Assembly (NCBI GenBank): GCA_001792305.1
Contig: MGGH01000022.1
Location: 15,916-61,508, forward strand
DNA length: 45,593 bases
Reading direction: 5' to 3'
DNA from: Candidatus Woesebacteria bacterium RIFCSPHIGHO2_01_FULL_39_23
Lineage (GTDB): Bacteria; Patescibacteriota; Microgenomatia; UBA8517
Shown: piece after piece, positions 30,142 through 38,525 of the stretch
How the letters are laid out: each line of letters begins with the position of its first letter
Numbering within the stretch: the first letter of the stretch is position 1
The notes under the pieces: generated by a model
What the model saw: the letters and a program-made list of their open reading frames with translations, nothing else
The model's database searches: none
What the model was told of the DNA's origin: nothing
Position numbers and translations under genes: made by a program

Positions 30142-30840
30142 ATGAAAATTACCGTTGTAATAGCCGCGTTTAATGAAGAAAAAAGGTTGGGGGCCATTTT
30201 AGGCGACCTAAAGGCCGAAAAGGCCATAAAAGAAGTTATTGTTGTAGACGACGGATCAAAAGACGAAACTTCCAAAGTTTCAAAAAGATATAAAGCCAGG
30301 CTGATAAGAGTCAAAAATAATACCGGTAAAGGAAACGCCATGAAACTAGGCGCAACAATGGCCTTTGATTCAGGAGCTAATGCTGTGATTTTTATGGACG
30401 GCGACGGCCAACACAAAACCCGTGACCTTCATTATTTTGTCGATGCGCTGACAATTGGAGGGTTTGATGTGGTTTTTGGCTCCAGAAATTTGAGTCTTGG
30501 AGTACCACTCTTCAGATACTTAGGAAATAAATTCGCATCGGTACTTATAAACTTACTTTTTGGTATTTACGTTTCAGACTTAATTTGCGGCTTCCGAGCC
30601 ATCAATAAACGGGGGTTCAATAAATTAAACTGGGAATCGAAGGGTTACGGTGTCGAGACTGAAATGGTAATTTTGACTGGTATCAGAAAATTAAAACATT
30701 GTGAAGTCCCGGTGGAAGTCGCTTATTACGACTCCTTCAAAGGTGTTACTTTCTTTGACGCGTTGGTTATTTTAAAAGACGTATTAAAATGGAAACTGTT
30801 TGGGTGGAAAAACTTTGCTAGAAACCATATTAAACCCTAA
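30142..30840 (+). CDS. GT2 polyprenol-phosphate glycosyltransferase (DPM1-like)
   Basis: AFNEE, VVDDGSKD, GKGNA, MDGDGQH, GSR, DLICGFRA. Confidence 0.9.
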   Translation: MKITVVIAAFNEEKRLGAILGDLKAEKAIKEVIVVDDGSKDETSKVSKRYKARLIRVKNNTGKGNAMKLGATMAFDSGANAVIFMDGDGQHKTRDLHYFVDALTIGGFDVVFGSRNLSLGVPLFRYLGNKFASVLINLLFGIYVSDLICGFRAINKRGFNKLNWESKGYGVETEMVILTGIRKLKHCEVPVEVAYYDSFKGVTFFDALVILKDVLKWKLFGWKNFARNHIKP

Positions 30841-30867
30841 CTAAATTTCTACATATAATTGACTACA

Positions 30868-32148
30868 ATGATAAAAGTTAGCTTAGCCAGGTTGAAGTTA
30901 TTCACGATAAAGCGCCCGGTAAAACACCCATTTGTACACCAAAATAAGTCTGTTAACAAACGCTTTGTAAAACCTTCGCTTATTTGGTATTATCCACACC
31001 TTAAATTATGGCAGGGAGGAACCAGATATATTGCCGATCTAAGCGCTAAGTTAAAAGATAAATATAAAATTAATATAGTTACCTCTTCCACAAACCAGCA
31101 ATTAACAAAATATTTTCAAGATAAAGGAGTGTTTATTATAAATCTAAACATACCATCTACTAACAGCCCATTTTTTTGGATACTTTCCCCACTATGGATT
31201 GTAATTGCTATTATTAAAACCCTCTCAATCAAAGCGGATATTTATGTTGCCACTCTTTTCCCCTCAACAGTAATAATGGCATTTTGTTCATTAATTAAAG
31301 ACTTGCCTTTAATACACTTTTGTTATGAGCCGGTTCCCTGGATCCATAACAACAATTACATTTCACAACATAAACTCATTAACAGGTTTATATTTACCGT
31401 TATTTCAATTTGTTTTAAAAAGATTGATGTCTGGTCTACAAGAAAAGCAAAGGTTACAATTACATTAGATGAGTACAAATCTAAACTGATAAAAGATGTT
31501 TACCAAGTTAACCCGAAAGTAATTTCAGTTGGCATAGATTCTAGACATTTCAGACCGATCAATAATAAAAATAATATATATTTTAACCGCTATAAGGATA
31601 AAATGATTATACTTCACAGCACAGACTATACCCCCATAAAAAGGACTAATGAAGTACTTAGAATATTTTCCATTGTAAAAAAGGTTGTAAATGATTCTCA
31701 CCTTTTAATTACTTCAACAAGAACAGGAGTGCGAGAAGAAAAAGAATTAATAACATTATCAAGGTCGCTTGGCATAGATTCATCTACAGAGTTCCTGGGA
31801 ACTATCGAATATAATAAATTACCACATATTTATAATATTGCTAAGTGCTATCTGTCTCTATCCACCGAGCCAATGACCGCAACCAATCTGCCAGTAAAAG
31901 AGGCACTCATGTGCGGTACTTTCGCTGTTAGAACTAAAACTGGAACCGATGATGTTATAAACAACAAAACAGGTTATATTGTTGATCCCAATAACCAGAC
32001 CGATCTTGTGCGTAAAATATCACTACTTCTTAACAGGCCAGATAGATCAATTAAGGAAAAAATAAAGATCAGAAACACAATAATAAATAAATACAGATGG
32101 ATAAATGTCGCGCAAAGATTTGAGAGGCACATAAAGCCTTATCTTTAA
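30868..32148 (+). CDS. GT4 family glycosyltransferase
   Basis: GGTRY near the N-terminus; E(x)7E motif EPMTATNLPVKEALMCG (loosely spaced). Confidence 0.85.
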   Translation: MIKVSLARLKLFTIKRPVKHPFVHQNKSVNKRFVKPSLIWYYPHLKLWQGGTRYIADLSAKLKDKYKINIVTSSTNQQLTKYFQDKGVFIINLNIPSTNSPFFWILSPLWIVIAIIKTLSIKADIYVATLFPSTVIMAFCSLIKDLPLIHFCYEPVPWIHNNNYISQHKLINRFIFTVISICFKKIDVWSTRKAKVTITLDEYKSKLIKDVYQVNPKVISVGIDSRHFRPINNKNNIYFNRYKDKMIILHSTDYTPIKRTNEVLRIFSIVKKVVNDSHLLITSTRTGVREEKELITLSRSLGIDSSTEFLGTIEYNKLPHIYNIAKCYLSLSTEPMTATNLPVKEALMCGTFAVRTKTGTDDVINNKTGYIVDPNNQTDLVRKISLLLNRPDRSIKEKIKIRNTIINKYRWINVAQRFERHIKPYL

Positions 32149-32949
32149 ATGAAACACACCTTTGTAATTTTAGCGTATAAAAAATCTCCGTATATAGAAG
32201 AATGTATTAAATCAATCACAAGTCAATCAGTGAAAAGCAACTGTATTATTTCAACATCTACACCCTCCAAGTTTTTATTAGAAATCGCACATAAATACAA
32301 AATAAGAATAAAAGTCAATAAAGAGTCGAACGGAATAGCGGATGATTGGACGTTTGGCTACAACGTAGCTAAAACTGATTACGTCACACTAGCCCACCAA
32401 GACGATATTTACTTACCTCGATATCTGGAAGAGTGTTTAACTTCTGCGCAAAAATATCCAGAAAATCTTATTGTCTTTACAGATTATACTGAAATCCGCA
32501 AGGAAGAAATTAAAAACAACCTCAATTTGCTAGTAAAAAGAATTATGCTGCGACTACTGATGCTTGGAAAAAGTTCTATCAATTCTAGTTTTACTAAAAA
32601 GGTGCTCATATCTTTCGGTAGTCCGATTTGTTGCCCAAGCGTAATGTATCATAAAAACAAAATTGGTAAGCTTAAATTTGGCAACTCGTTTCAAATAAAT
32701 ATGGATTGGAAAGCATGGTACGATTTCACTTACAAAACTGGTGACTTTGTATATATTAGTAAAGCTTTAGTAAAACACAGAATCCACAAAAAATCCCAAA
32801 CCTTCTCCGGGATCCTGGTTGACAAAAGACAACAGGAAGATTTACGGATGTTTTCTAAGTTATGGCCTAAACCAATCGCAAGGATTATATATAATATTTA
32901 TAAACTCAGCTACAAATCAAACACTAATTCATCTCCTGGAAAAAATTGA
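32149..32949 (+). CDS. GT2 family glycosyltransferase
   Basis: HQDD motif, CPSVMY, MDW, HRIH. Confidence 0.88.
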   Translation: MKHTFVILAYKKSPYIEECIKSITSQSVKSNCIISTSTPSKFLLEIAHKYKIRIKVNKESNGIADDWTFGYNVAKTDYVTLAHQDDIYLPRYLEECLTSAQKYPENLIVFTDYTEIRKEEIKNNLNLLVKRIMLRLLMLGKSSINSSFTKKVLISFGSPICCPSVMYHKNKIGKLKFGNSFQINMDWKAWYDFTYKTGDFVYISKALVKHRIHKKSQTFSGILVDKRQQEDLRMFSKLWPKPIARIIYNIYKLSYKSNTNSSPGKN

Positions 32950-35325
32950 GAATGACCCGAAAGCCACGATATAACTTATTACTCCAAGCCAGTAAGCCGT
33001 ACTTATTCCCACCCCAATCGCGACAATAATCGCCAAGACCGACCCCATTACCGAAAATGCTCCATTGATCGACCACAACCATGGTTGGGAATTTTTAAAC
33101 TTACCCTCTGAAGCTCTCATCCCAACTCCAAACGGCATGCCCATGAAAAACCCTAATGACATAATGCTAATTAACGAAAATAGTATCTTCACAGTTTGAC
33201 TTTCGTTTCCTAACGATCTAATTCCGCCTGGTATCACCCAGCCCGAGACCACTAAAGCCGTCAACACTGCCAATAAAACAATCAAACTTCTTCTTTTAAC
33301 CATTTTCCCGACAAAAAACGCCTGAAAATAACTACCCAGACCCCCTGAAAGGAGTAACCCAAAAAGCACAACCGCCAAACTTAAAGTAGGTGTCCCAAGA
33401 AAAATCATGAGTCTTTGCATCTGAGATATTTCGACTAACATGTAGCCTAAACCTATCCCGGCAAAATAAATTGAAACATTCGTTGGCCCAAGGCTTAACC
33501 TTTTTCTCCCCATGACTGATGGCACTAATACAAATAGTCCACATAAAATGCTGACTAGTACAAATAACCGAACTAATAATTTGCTGGAATCCCCCAAAGC
33601 CGTACTCATCCGTGTTGCGTAATCACCACCCAAATTTAATTTCATCAGCTGGAAGAAAAACGGGTTGTCATCTGTCGGAGCTTTGATGTTTTCCTTAAAC
33701 TGATTATAAAAATCGTCACCCGTGGACTTATCCAACAGTTTATCGTACATTGCACTTGTACTCTCGTTTGGCGCATATAACATACCAAAACCTAAATCAT
33801 TACTTACTTTTTGAATTTTTTTGATGTCCGTGTCTGAAAATCCGTCCTTGCTGACAAGTAGTGTCGCCACACCATCGGGATCGAGATTGGAATACTTAGT
33901 GACTTTTTGCCATACCACAATCACGTTATTTTTCGGCTTGTCTACCCCAATTTCACTCAAGCCCGTTTTTGCCAAATCTACCAGTCGATAAACTTCAACA
34001 GGGAAGTCGTTGTAATACCACCTTGAGACCGTCAAAACACCAAGTGGCTTCAGGTGCTCCAAAAATAACTTCCACGCTTGGGTTGTATAAAGCCCATTCT
34101 CGGTGAGTGAATATGCACCAGTGGACGTTGCCGCCCAAGTATCAATCAAAGATAGTTGTATCAGGTCATACTTTCTATCGGACTCTGCTACAAAATTTCT
34201 CCCGTCACCAACAACCATTTCGACTTTAGGATTTTTATCCAAGTGCCCTGTAAAATTACCAAAAACAGTATTTACGGCATGAAAAATTTTTTCATTAATG
34301 TCCACTCCGACTATTTTCTTTTGGTCAAAAACGAGCCCTGTAAGAACATCTCTCCCCCCTCCCATCCCTATCACCAGAACTTCCGCATCGGTCTTTAAAT
34401 AGTGAGCAACGCTTGTAATGTCATATTTTAAAAAATCCAGTTTACTTAAATCCCCGTCAAATTTTGTCAGTGCTGTTCCAGCACCAGAGTCGATTAAAAG
34501 ATTTAGTTGATTCACTAAACTACCAGAGTATTTATCGCTTAGCCCCCAACCCAGTGGTTTTTCTAATCTATCCTTGTTACCCACTACCGTTATCCTTGAG
34601 TATGAATTCCACCCCTCCCATACCGGTTTTGGAGTAAGTCTGCCTTTGCTTATTCTTATCTGTACCAAAGGTTCTCCCTTCAGATTTGAAATAGCCGAAA
34701 CTAACGACAAAATAGTAAAAACTGCGATAAGCAAAATGTTTATTTTAACCAAATTACTCCCTGTCTTAACTCCAACGAAAGCCAGGGCACCAAAGCACGA
34801 TATTGCCGCCACCAACCAGCTTGCGGCCACTCCGTCTAAAAAGTTCATTACAAAAAGCAATAATAAGCACCCCAGAGCCGCCCCGCCTAGATCAGCAGCA
34901 TACATTTTCCCGGGGTCGCGACCCAACTTGGTCAATGCAAGCGTTATTACCATGCCACCAAATACAAACGGAATCGAGGAAAATAAAAAGGCGATAAAAA
35001 TACTGATTGGTGCTAAAGCATAAAGAGTGATTCCTAAACTTGAACTCAATGAGAAAAATAATGATCCCAAGACTGCGGATTGTCTTATCTGACTCTGGTT
35101 AAAACTGCTCATCTTCTTAAATACCAGTACGGCACCGGCAGACAACCCAAACATAGCTAGGCTAACAGCCATAAAGGCAAAGTGGTACATCATGGTTACG
35201 CTAAATATCCGAGTCAAAAGAATTTCATACATCAGCATAGCCATAGACATGAAGAAAATCCCTATACCATCTGTTTTAATTAAATTGTTTTTACCACCAA
35301 AAACTTTTGTATGATTTAAAGCCAT
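32929..35325 (-). CDS. Membrane-embedded spermidine-synthase-like SAM-dependent transferase
   Basis: TM block with YAADLGGAALG, SAM motif VIGMGGGRD, GDGR, PTDDNPFF, second TM block with WSINGAFSV. Confidence 0.85.
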   Translation of the reverse strand: MALNHTKVFGGKNNLIKTDGIGIFFMSMAMLMYEILLTRIFSVTMMYHFAFMAVSLAMFGLSAGAVLVFKKMSSFNQSQIRQSAVLGSLFFSLSSSLGITLYALAPISIFIAFLFSSIPFVFGGMVITLALTKLGRDPGKMYAADLGGAALGCLLLLFVMNFLDGVAASWLVAAISCFGALAFVGVKTGSNLVKINILLIAVFTILSLVSAISNLKGEPLVQIRISKGRLTPKPVWEGWNSYSRITVVGNKDRLEKPLGWGLSDKYSGSLVNQLNLLIDSGAGTALTKFDGDLSKLDFLKYDITSVAHYLKTDAEVLVIGMGGGRDVLTGLVFDQKKIVGVDINEKIFHAVNTVFGNFTGHLDKNPKVEMVVGDGRNFVAESDRKYDLIQLSLIDTWAATSTGAYSLTENGLYTTQAWKLFLEHLKPLGVLTVSRWYYNDFPVEVYRLVDLAKTGLSEIGVDKPKNNVIVVWQKVTKYSNLDPDGVATLLVSKDGFSDTDIKKIQKVSNDLGFGMLYAPNESTSAMYDKLLDKSTGDDFYNQFKENIKAPTDDNPFFFQLMKLNLGGDYATRMSTALGDSSKLLVRLFVLVSILCGLFVLVPSVMGRKRLSLGPTNVSIYFAGIGLGYMLVEISQMQRLMIFLGTPTLSLAVVLFGLLLSGGLGSYFQAFFVGKMVKRRSLIVLLAVLTALVVSGWVIPGGIRSLGNESQTVKILFSLISIMSLGFFMGMPFGVGMRASEGKFKNSQPWLWSINGAFSVMGSVLAIIVAIGVGISTAYWLGVISYIVAFGSFSIFSRR

Positions 35326-35414
35326 CTATTCGTTAAAAGAAATCATAAACCATTAGTGCTGGTATTTCTTTGGTAAAAGTCTTCAAAAGAAAGAATGTTG
35401 TATGTTGTCAAGTT

Positions 35415-35441
35415 TGCGGAGGGTACAGGGGTCGAACCTGC
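35415..35441 (-). pseudogene. Orphan tRNA 3' fragment (T-arm plus acceptor 3' strand, Ser-type discriminator G)
   Basis: GCAGG-TTCGACC-CCTGT-ACCCTCC-G-CA; 23/26 identical to the 3' end of tRNA-Ser(CGA). Confidence 0.85.
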
Positions 35442-35443
35442 TA

Positions 35444-35824
35444 TTAATTATTATTGACAGTATTAGGTTTAAGTACAACTTTTATTAAATCTTTATCGAA
35501 AGGCCTAATCGCCCTTCTATTAAATAGGCATTTTGTAAAAAGATACTCCTCGCCAGATTCTTTATAAACATAAAGCCAATCATAAGCATCGTGTTGTGTT
35601 TTTTTAACAACATAACCCATTGAATTTGAGTGAACACGTCTTAGATCTACATCTTTTTTACTAGAATATTTAATTTGCACTCTTTTTAAACCACTCCCTG
35701 AATCTATTACTAAATCGTAATGCGCAGACTCCGTTAGTGGGATTGAAACATCGTATCCATACTTAGTAAAAGTCGATATTGCCTGTGAAACAGCCATATC
35801 CCCCTTTCTTTGAGTTGTTCTCAC
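35444..35824 (-). CDS. PD-(D/E)XK endonuclease, group I intron-associated / I-Ssp6803I-like (PDDEXK_5)
   Basis: KGD...GYDVSIP...YDLVID...LKRVQIK pattern, 126 aa. Confidence 0.8.
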   Translation of the reverse strand: MRTTQRKGDMAVSQAISTFTKYGYDVSIPLTESAHYDLVIDSGSGLKRVQIKYSSKKDVDLRRVHSNSMGYVVKKTQHDAYDWLYVYKESGEEYLFTKCLFNRRAIRPFDKDLIKVVLKPNTVNNN

Positions 35825-35830
35825 AAATTA

Positions 35831-35859
35831 ATAATACTGGTATTGTATACCAATGTAAA
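35831..35859 (-). promoter_or_regulatory. Sigma70 promoter of the nuclease with a palindrome in the spacer
   Basis: TTTACA-17 nt-TATTAT-6 nt-GTG; spacer holds TGGTAT-N3-ATACCA (35838-35852). Confidence 0.65.
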
Positions 35860-35871
35860 GCCTCAAAAAGG

Positions 35872-35960
35872 CGGAGACGAGAGGATTCGAACCTCTGGTA
35901 ACCCTTGTAGGCTACACCGATTTTCAAGATCGGCCCGATCATCCGCTCCGGCACGTCTCC
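35872..35960 (-). tRNA. tRNA-Ser(TGA)
   Basis: CCGAT-CTTGAAA-ATCGG anticodon arm, long variable arm, G73. Confidence 0.95.
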
Positions 35961-35963
35961 GTG

Positions 35964-36049
35964 CGGTAGGGACAGGATTCGAACCTGCGCGTCCCTTTCG
36001 GGACAAAGGTTTAGCAAACCTTCGCCTTAGACCACTCGGCCACCCTACC
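35964..36049 (-). tRNA. tRNA-Ser(GCT)
   Basis: AAGGT-TTGCTAA-ACCTT anticodon arm, long variable arm, G73; 3 nt from Ser(TGA). Confidence 0.95.
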
Positions 36050-36113
36050 AAGTCGCTTGATTATACCAATATGAGAGTTGAAATTAAACAAAAAAGTGTA
36101 TAATGAATTTAAG

Positions 36114-36665
36114 ATGGCACAAAAAGAAAAACTTCAAAAAAAAGCTGCTACTCTTAAAAAACCTCAGCCAGAAGAGAACGAGCCGTTGGTCAAACAAGAA
36201 AAGATTTTGTTTACCTGGGCTGCACCCTCGAGGCCGTTTAAACGAAGAAATAAAGATTTTTATGCGACAGTAATCGCAATCGCAGCAATAGTTGGGCTTA
36301 TTGTTTTTTTGATTGACGGCTGGCTTCCTGTAATCCTTATTATTTCACTTGTTTTTCTTTTCTATGTAATGTCTTCAGTGGAACCGGAGGCTGTTAAGCA
36401 CGGTATTACGACCTGGGGTGTTAGGGTCGGAGGCGACCTGGTAGACTGGTTCAATCTGGGACGATTCTGGTTTTCAAGAAGATTTGACAACGACCTACTT
36501 ATTATTGAAGCAAATGCAATTGGCGGCAGAATTGAGCTTGTAATTAACCCAAAGGAAAAGACTAAAATAGAAAAGGTTCTCTCAAGATACCTAATTCATG
36601 AAGAGATACCACCATCCTCTTTAGACAAAGCCTCAAACTGGTTCTCTAAAAAACTCCCACAGTAA
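36114..36665 (+). CDS. Two-TM membrane protein with PH-like C-terminus (DUF5673-like)
   Basis: FTWAAPSRPFKRR, TM hairpin; TATAAT 9 nt before ATG. Confidence 0.7.
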   Translation: MAQKEKLQKKAATLKKPQPEENEPLVKQEKILFTWAAPSRPFKRRNKDFYATVIAIAAIVGLIVFLIDGWLPVILIISLVFLFYVMSSVEPEAVKHGITTWGVRVGGDLVDWFNLGRFWFSRRFDNDLLIIEANAIGGRIELVINPKEKTKIEKVLSRYLIHEEIPPSSLDKASNWFSKKLPQ

Positions 36666-36713
36666 CCCAAGATTTTTAGATTAAATTCTGGTAAAATAGC
36701 CGTGTAAGTAAAT

Positions 36714-36786
36714 GCGTTCGTAGCTCAACGGACAGAGCGTCACGTTGCGGACGTGAAGGTTGTGAGTTCGATTCTCACCGGACGCA
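36714..36786 (+). tRNA. tRNA-Arg(GCG)
   Basis: TCACG-TTGCGGA-CGTGA anticodon arm; A20 in the D-loop; TGGTAAAAT promoter element upstream. Confidence 0.92.
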
Positions 36787-36792
36787 CAGTAA

Positions 36793-36877
36793 GGAGGGTT
36801 GGCAGAGAGGACAATTGCGCGGGTTTCGAAAACCCGAGGGAGCAATCCCTACACAGGTTCGAATCCTGTACCCTCCG
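36793..36877 (+). tRNA. tRNA-Ser(CGA)
   Basis: CGGGT-TTCGAAA-ACCCG anticodon arm, long variable arm, G73. Confidence 0.95.
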
Positions 36878-36881
36878 CCCA

Positions 36882-36908
36882 GTGCCCATAGTTTAATGGA
36901 GAAAACAA
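36882..36908 (+). pseudogene. Orphan tRNA 5' fragment (acceptor 5' strand plus D-arm, Arg-like A20)
   Basis: GTGCCCA-TA-GTTT-AATGGAGA-AAAC-A, 4 nt after Ser(CGA), then directly the ATG of the next gene. Confidence 0.75.
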
Positions 36909-37355
36909 ATGATTAAAAAAGAATTACTTATATCAGGATCTTGTATCTACAAAAATTATGCAGGTAAAACCTTTTGGTTTATAGTTAAAAACGACGAAGA
37001 CAGCGGTTGGGAGCTACCCAAAGCTAGTGTTAGGCGCGGCGAGTCCTCCGTACGTACAGCCATCAGGGTCGCAGCCGAGCGGGGAGGTATGAAAGTGAAA
37101 GTAATTGAGGAGGCGGGAAGAGTAACGGGGGCTGTAGTTGTTTCGGGTAAACCGATTAGCCAGAAAACAATCTTTTATCTCATGGCACTTAAAGGGTTAG
37201 AAGGTGAAGCAATAGGCTATAGCAGTGAAACCTGGCTAGACTACACAAAAGTTGTCAAAAAACTGCATCTAAAAAGAGACAAAAGCATTCTCAAGTCTGC
37301 AAATAAATTACTAAAACATATTGCAAAATCAAAAACCAAGAAAAAAGATTTTTAA
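36909..37355 (+). CDS. NUDIX-fold protein with a degenerate Nudix box
   Basis: WELPKASVRRGESSVRTAIRVAAERGG (G to A, RE to RV, EE to ER); KTIFYLM as in Ap4A hydrolases. Confidence 0.8.
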   Translation: MIKKELLISGSCIYKNYAGKTFWFIVKNDEDSGWELPKASVRRGESSVRTAIRVAAERGGMKVKVIEEAGRVTGAVVVSGKPISQKTIFYLMALKGLEGEAIGYSSETWLDYTKVVKKLHLKRDKSILKSANKLLKHIAKSKTKKKDF

Positions 37356-37445
37356 GGTGAGGTGCCGGAGTGGCCGAACGGGTTCGCTTGGAGAGCGAAT
37401 GTAGCCGCAAGGTTACCGTGGGTTCGAATCCCACCCTCACCGCCA
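37356..37445 (+). tRNA. tRNA-Ser(GGA)
   Basis: TTCGC-TTGGAGA-GCGAA anticodon arm, long variable arm, encoded CCA. Confidence 0.95.
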
Positions 37446-37447
37446 AT

Positions 37448-38296
37448 ATGAATCAAAAAGGATTTATAAACATTTTATTGATTGTAGTTATCGCTGTGCT
37501 TGCTGGTGCTGGTGTCTTTCTTATTGCAACTCGGCAAACTACACCATCTACACCAATCCCAACCCCAAGTGCTACCCCCATCCCCACACCTTCACCAACT
37601 CTTACACCAACACCCACTCCTGTACCAAACGGCGAAAAGATAATTAGGAAAGTGGGCGAAAAGGAAATTTCCTTCTTGATACAAAAAATTAATCCAGATA
37701 ACGTTGAAGGCCTTTGGTTTGAAGTATATCCGATTGAAAGGCCAAATGATCCTGGCACTCCGAAAACTTTATATGTCGGCGATGATATAGGGTATGCCTG
37801 CGAGGGCGTATCAGAAAAACTTATAAGCATCAATTTTGCTGCTCAGACAATAACTTTTAACAAAGTTGTTGGGCAACCGCCTTATGATGGTGGATGTCCA
37901 ATTTGTCTTGCCGGTAACTCGCTCATTGACACGCCGTCTGGGTTAATTCCGGTAAAAGACTTACAAGTTGGCATGTTGATTTGGACAACCGATAAGGCTG
38001 GTTATCGTATTTCTGGAATTGTTACCAAAACCTCAAAAGTACCTGTACCGCCAACCCATCAAATGGTTCATTTGGTTCTTAAAGACGGCCGAGAATTGTT
38101 CGTTTCCCCCAAACATCCAACCGTTGATGGACGCGCTGTTGGAGAACTCGCACCAAGCGATGTATACAATGGCGTTTCTGTTGTAAGCACCGAGCGCGTT
38201 CCTTACGATGAAAAAGCAACATACGATATACTGCCGTCTGGCGATACTGGATTCTATTGGGCCAACGGTATTCTTATGGGTAGTACGCTTCGCTAG
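37448..38296 (+). CDS. Prepilin-like membrane-anchored protein with Pro-Thr linker and C-terminal Hint domain
   Basis: MNQKG|FINILLIVVIAVL; block A CLAGNSLI (Cys153), block B SPKHP, C-terminal TYDI...YWANGILMGS. Confidence 0.85.
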   Translation: MNQKGFINILLIVVIAVLAGAGVFLIATRQTTPSTPIPTPSATPIPTPSPTLTPTPTPVPNGEKIIRKVGEKEISFLIQKINPDNVEGLWFEVYPIERPNDPGTPKTLYVGDDIGYACEGVSEKLISINFAAQTITFNKVVGQPPYDGGCPICLAGNSLIDTPSGLIPVKDLQVGMLIWTTDKAGYRISGIVTKTSKVPVPPTHQMVHLVLKDGRELFVSPKHPTVDGRAVGELAPSDVYNGVSVVSTERVPYDEKATYDILPSGDTGFYWANGILMGSTLR

Positions 38297-38460
38297 AAGC
38301 CGCCAAAGAAAAACTTAAAACGTCCAATCCGAAAGGGTCGCTTCTCCGCCAGAGACGGACAGGTGCGGCGGACGGGGAGTATGGGGGGAATTCTGCCCGC
38401 CCTACAAATTTTTGGGCGAAATCTGTTCGAATTTTTTCGAACGCACACCGCGGCAAAATA
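38297..38460. other. GC-rich structured intergenic segment
   Basis: Hairpins CGCCC/GGGCG (38398-38418) and GTTCGAA-TTTT-TTCGAAC (38425-38442); contains GGCGGACGGGGAGTATGG. Confidence 0.4.
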
Positions 38461-38525
38461 AGAATGGGACAGGAGATAAGGAAACCTTAAGAATTGTCAA
38501 GACAGGGGAACGGACAGGTCAGGTT

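Noticed and set aside
35415-35870. Group I intron in a tRNA carrying the nuclease
   Set aside because: No 5' exon and no room for a ribozyme core: about 45 nt upstream and 2 nt downstream of the ORF
35763-36103. Short ORFs 35763-36017, 35810-36103 and 35863-36051
   Set aside because: They overlap two tRNA-Ser genes
37370-37447. N-terminal extension of the Hint protein in the ORF track
   Set aside because: It is tRNA-Ser(GGA) read in frame; ATG 37448 gives a proper prepilin-like start
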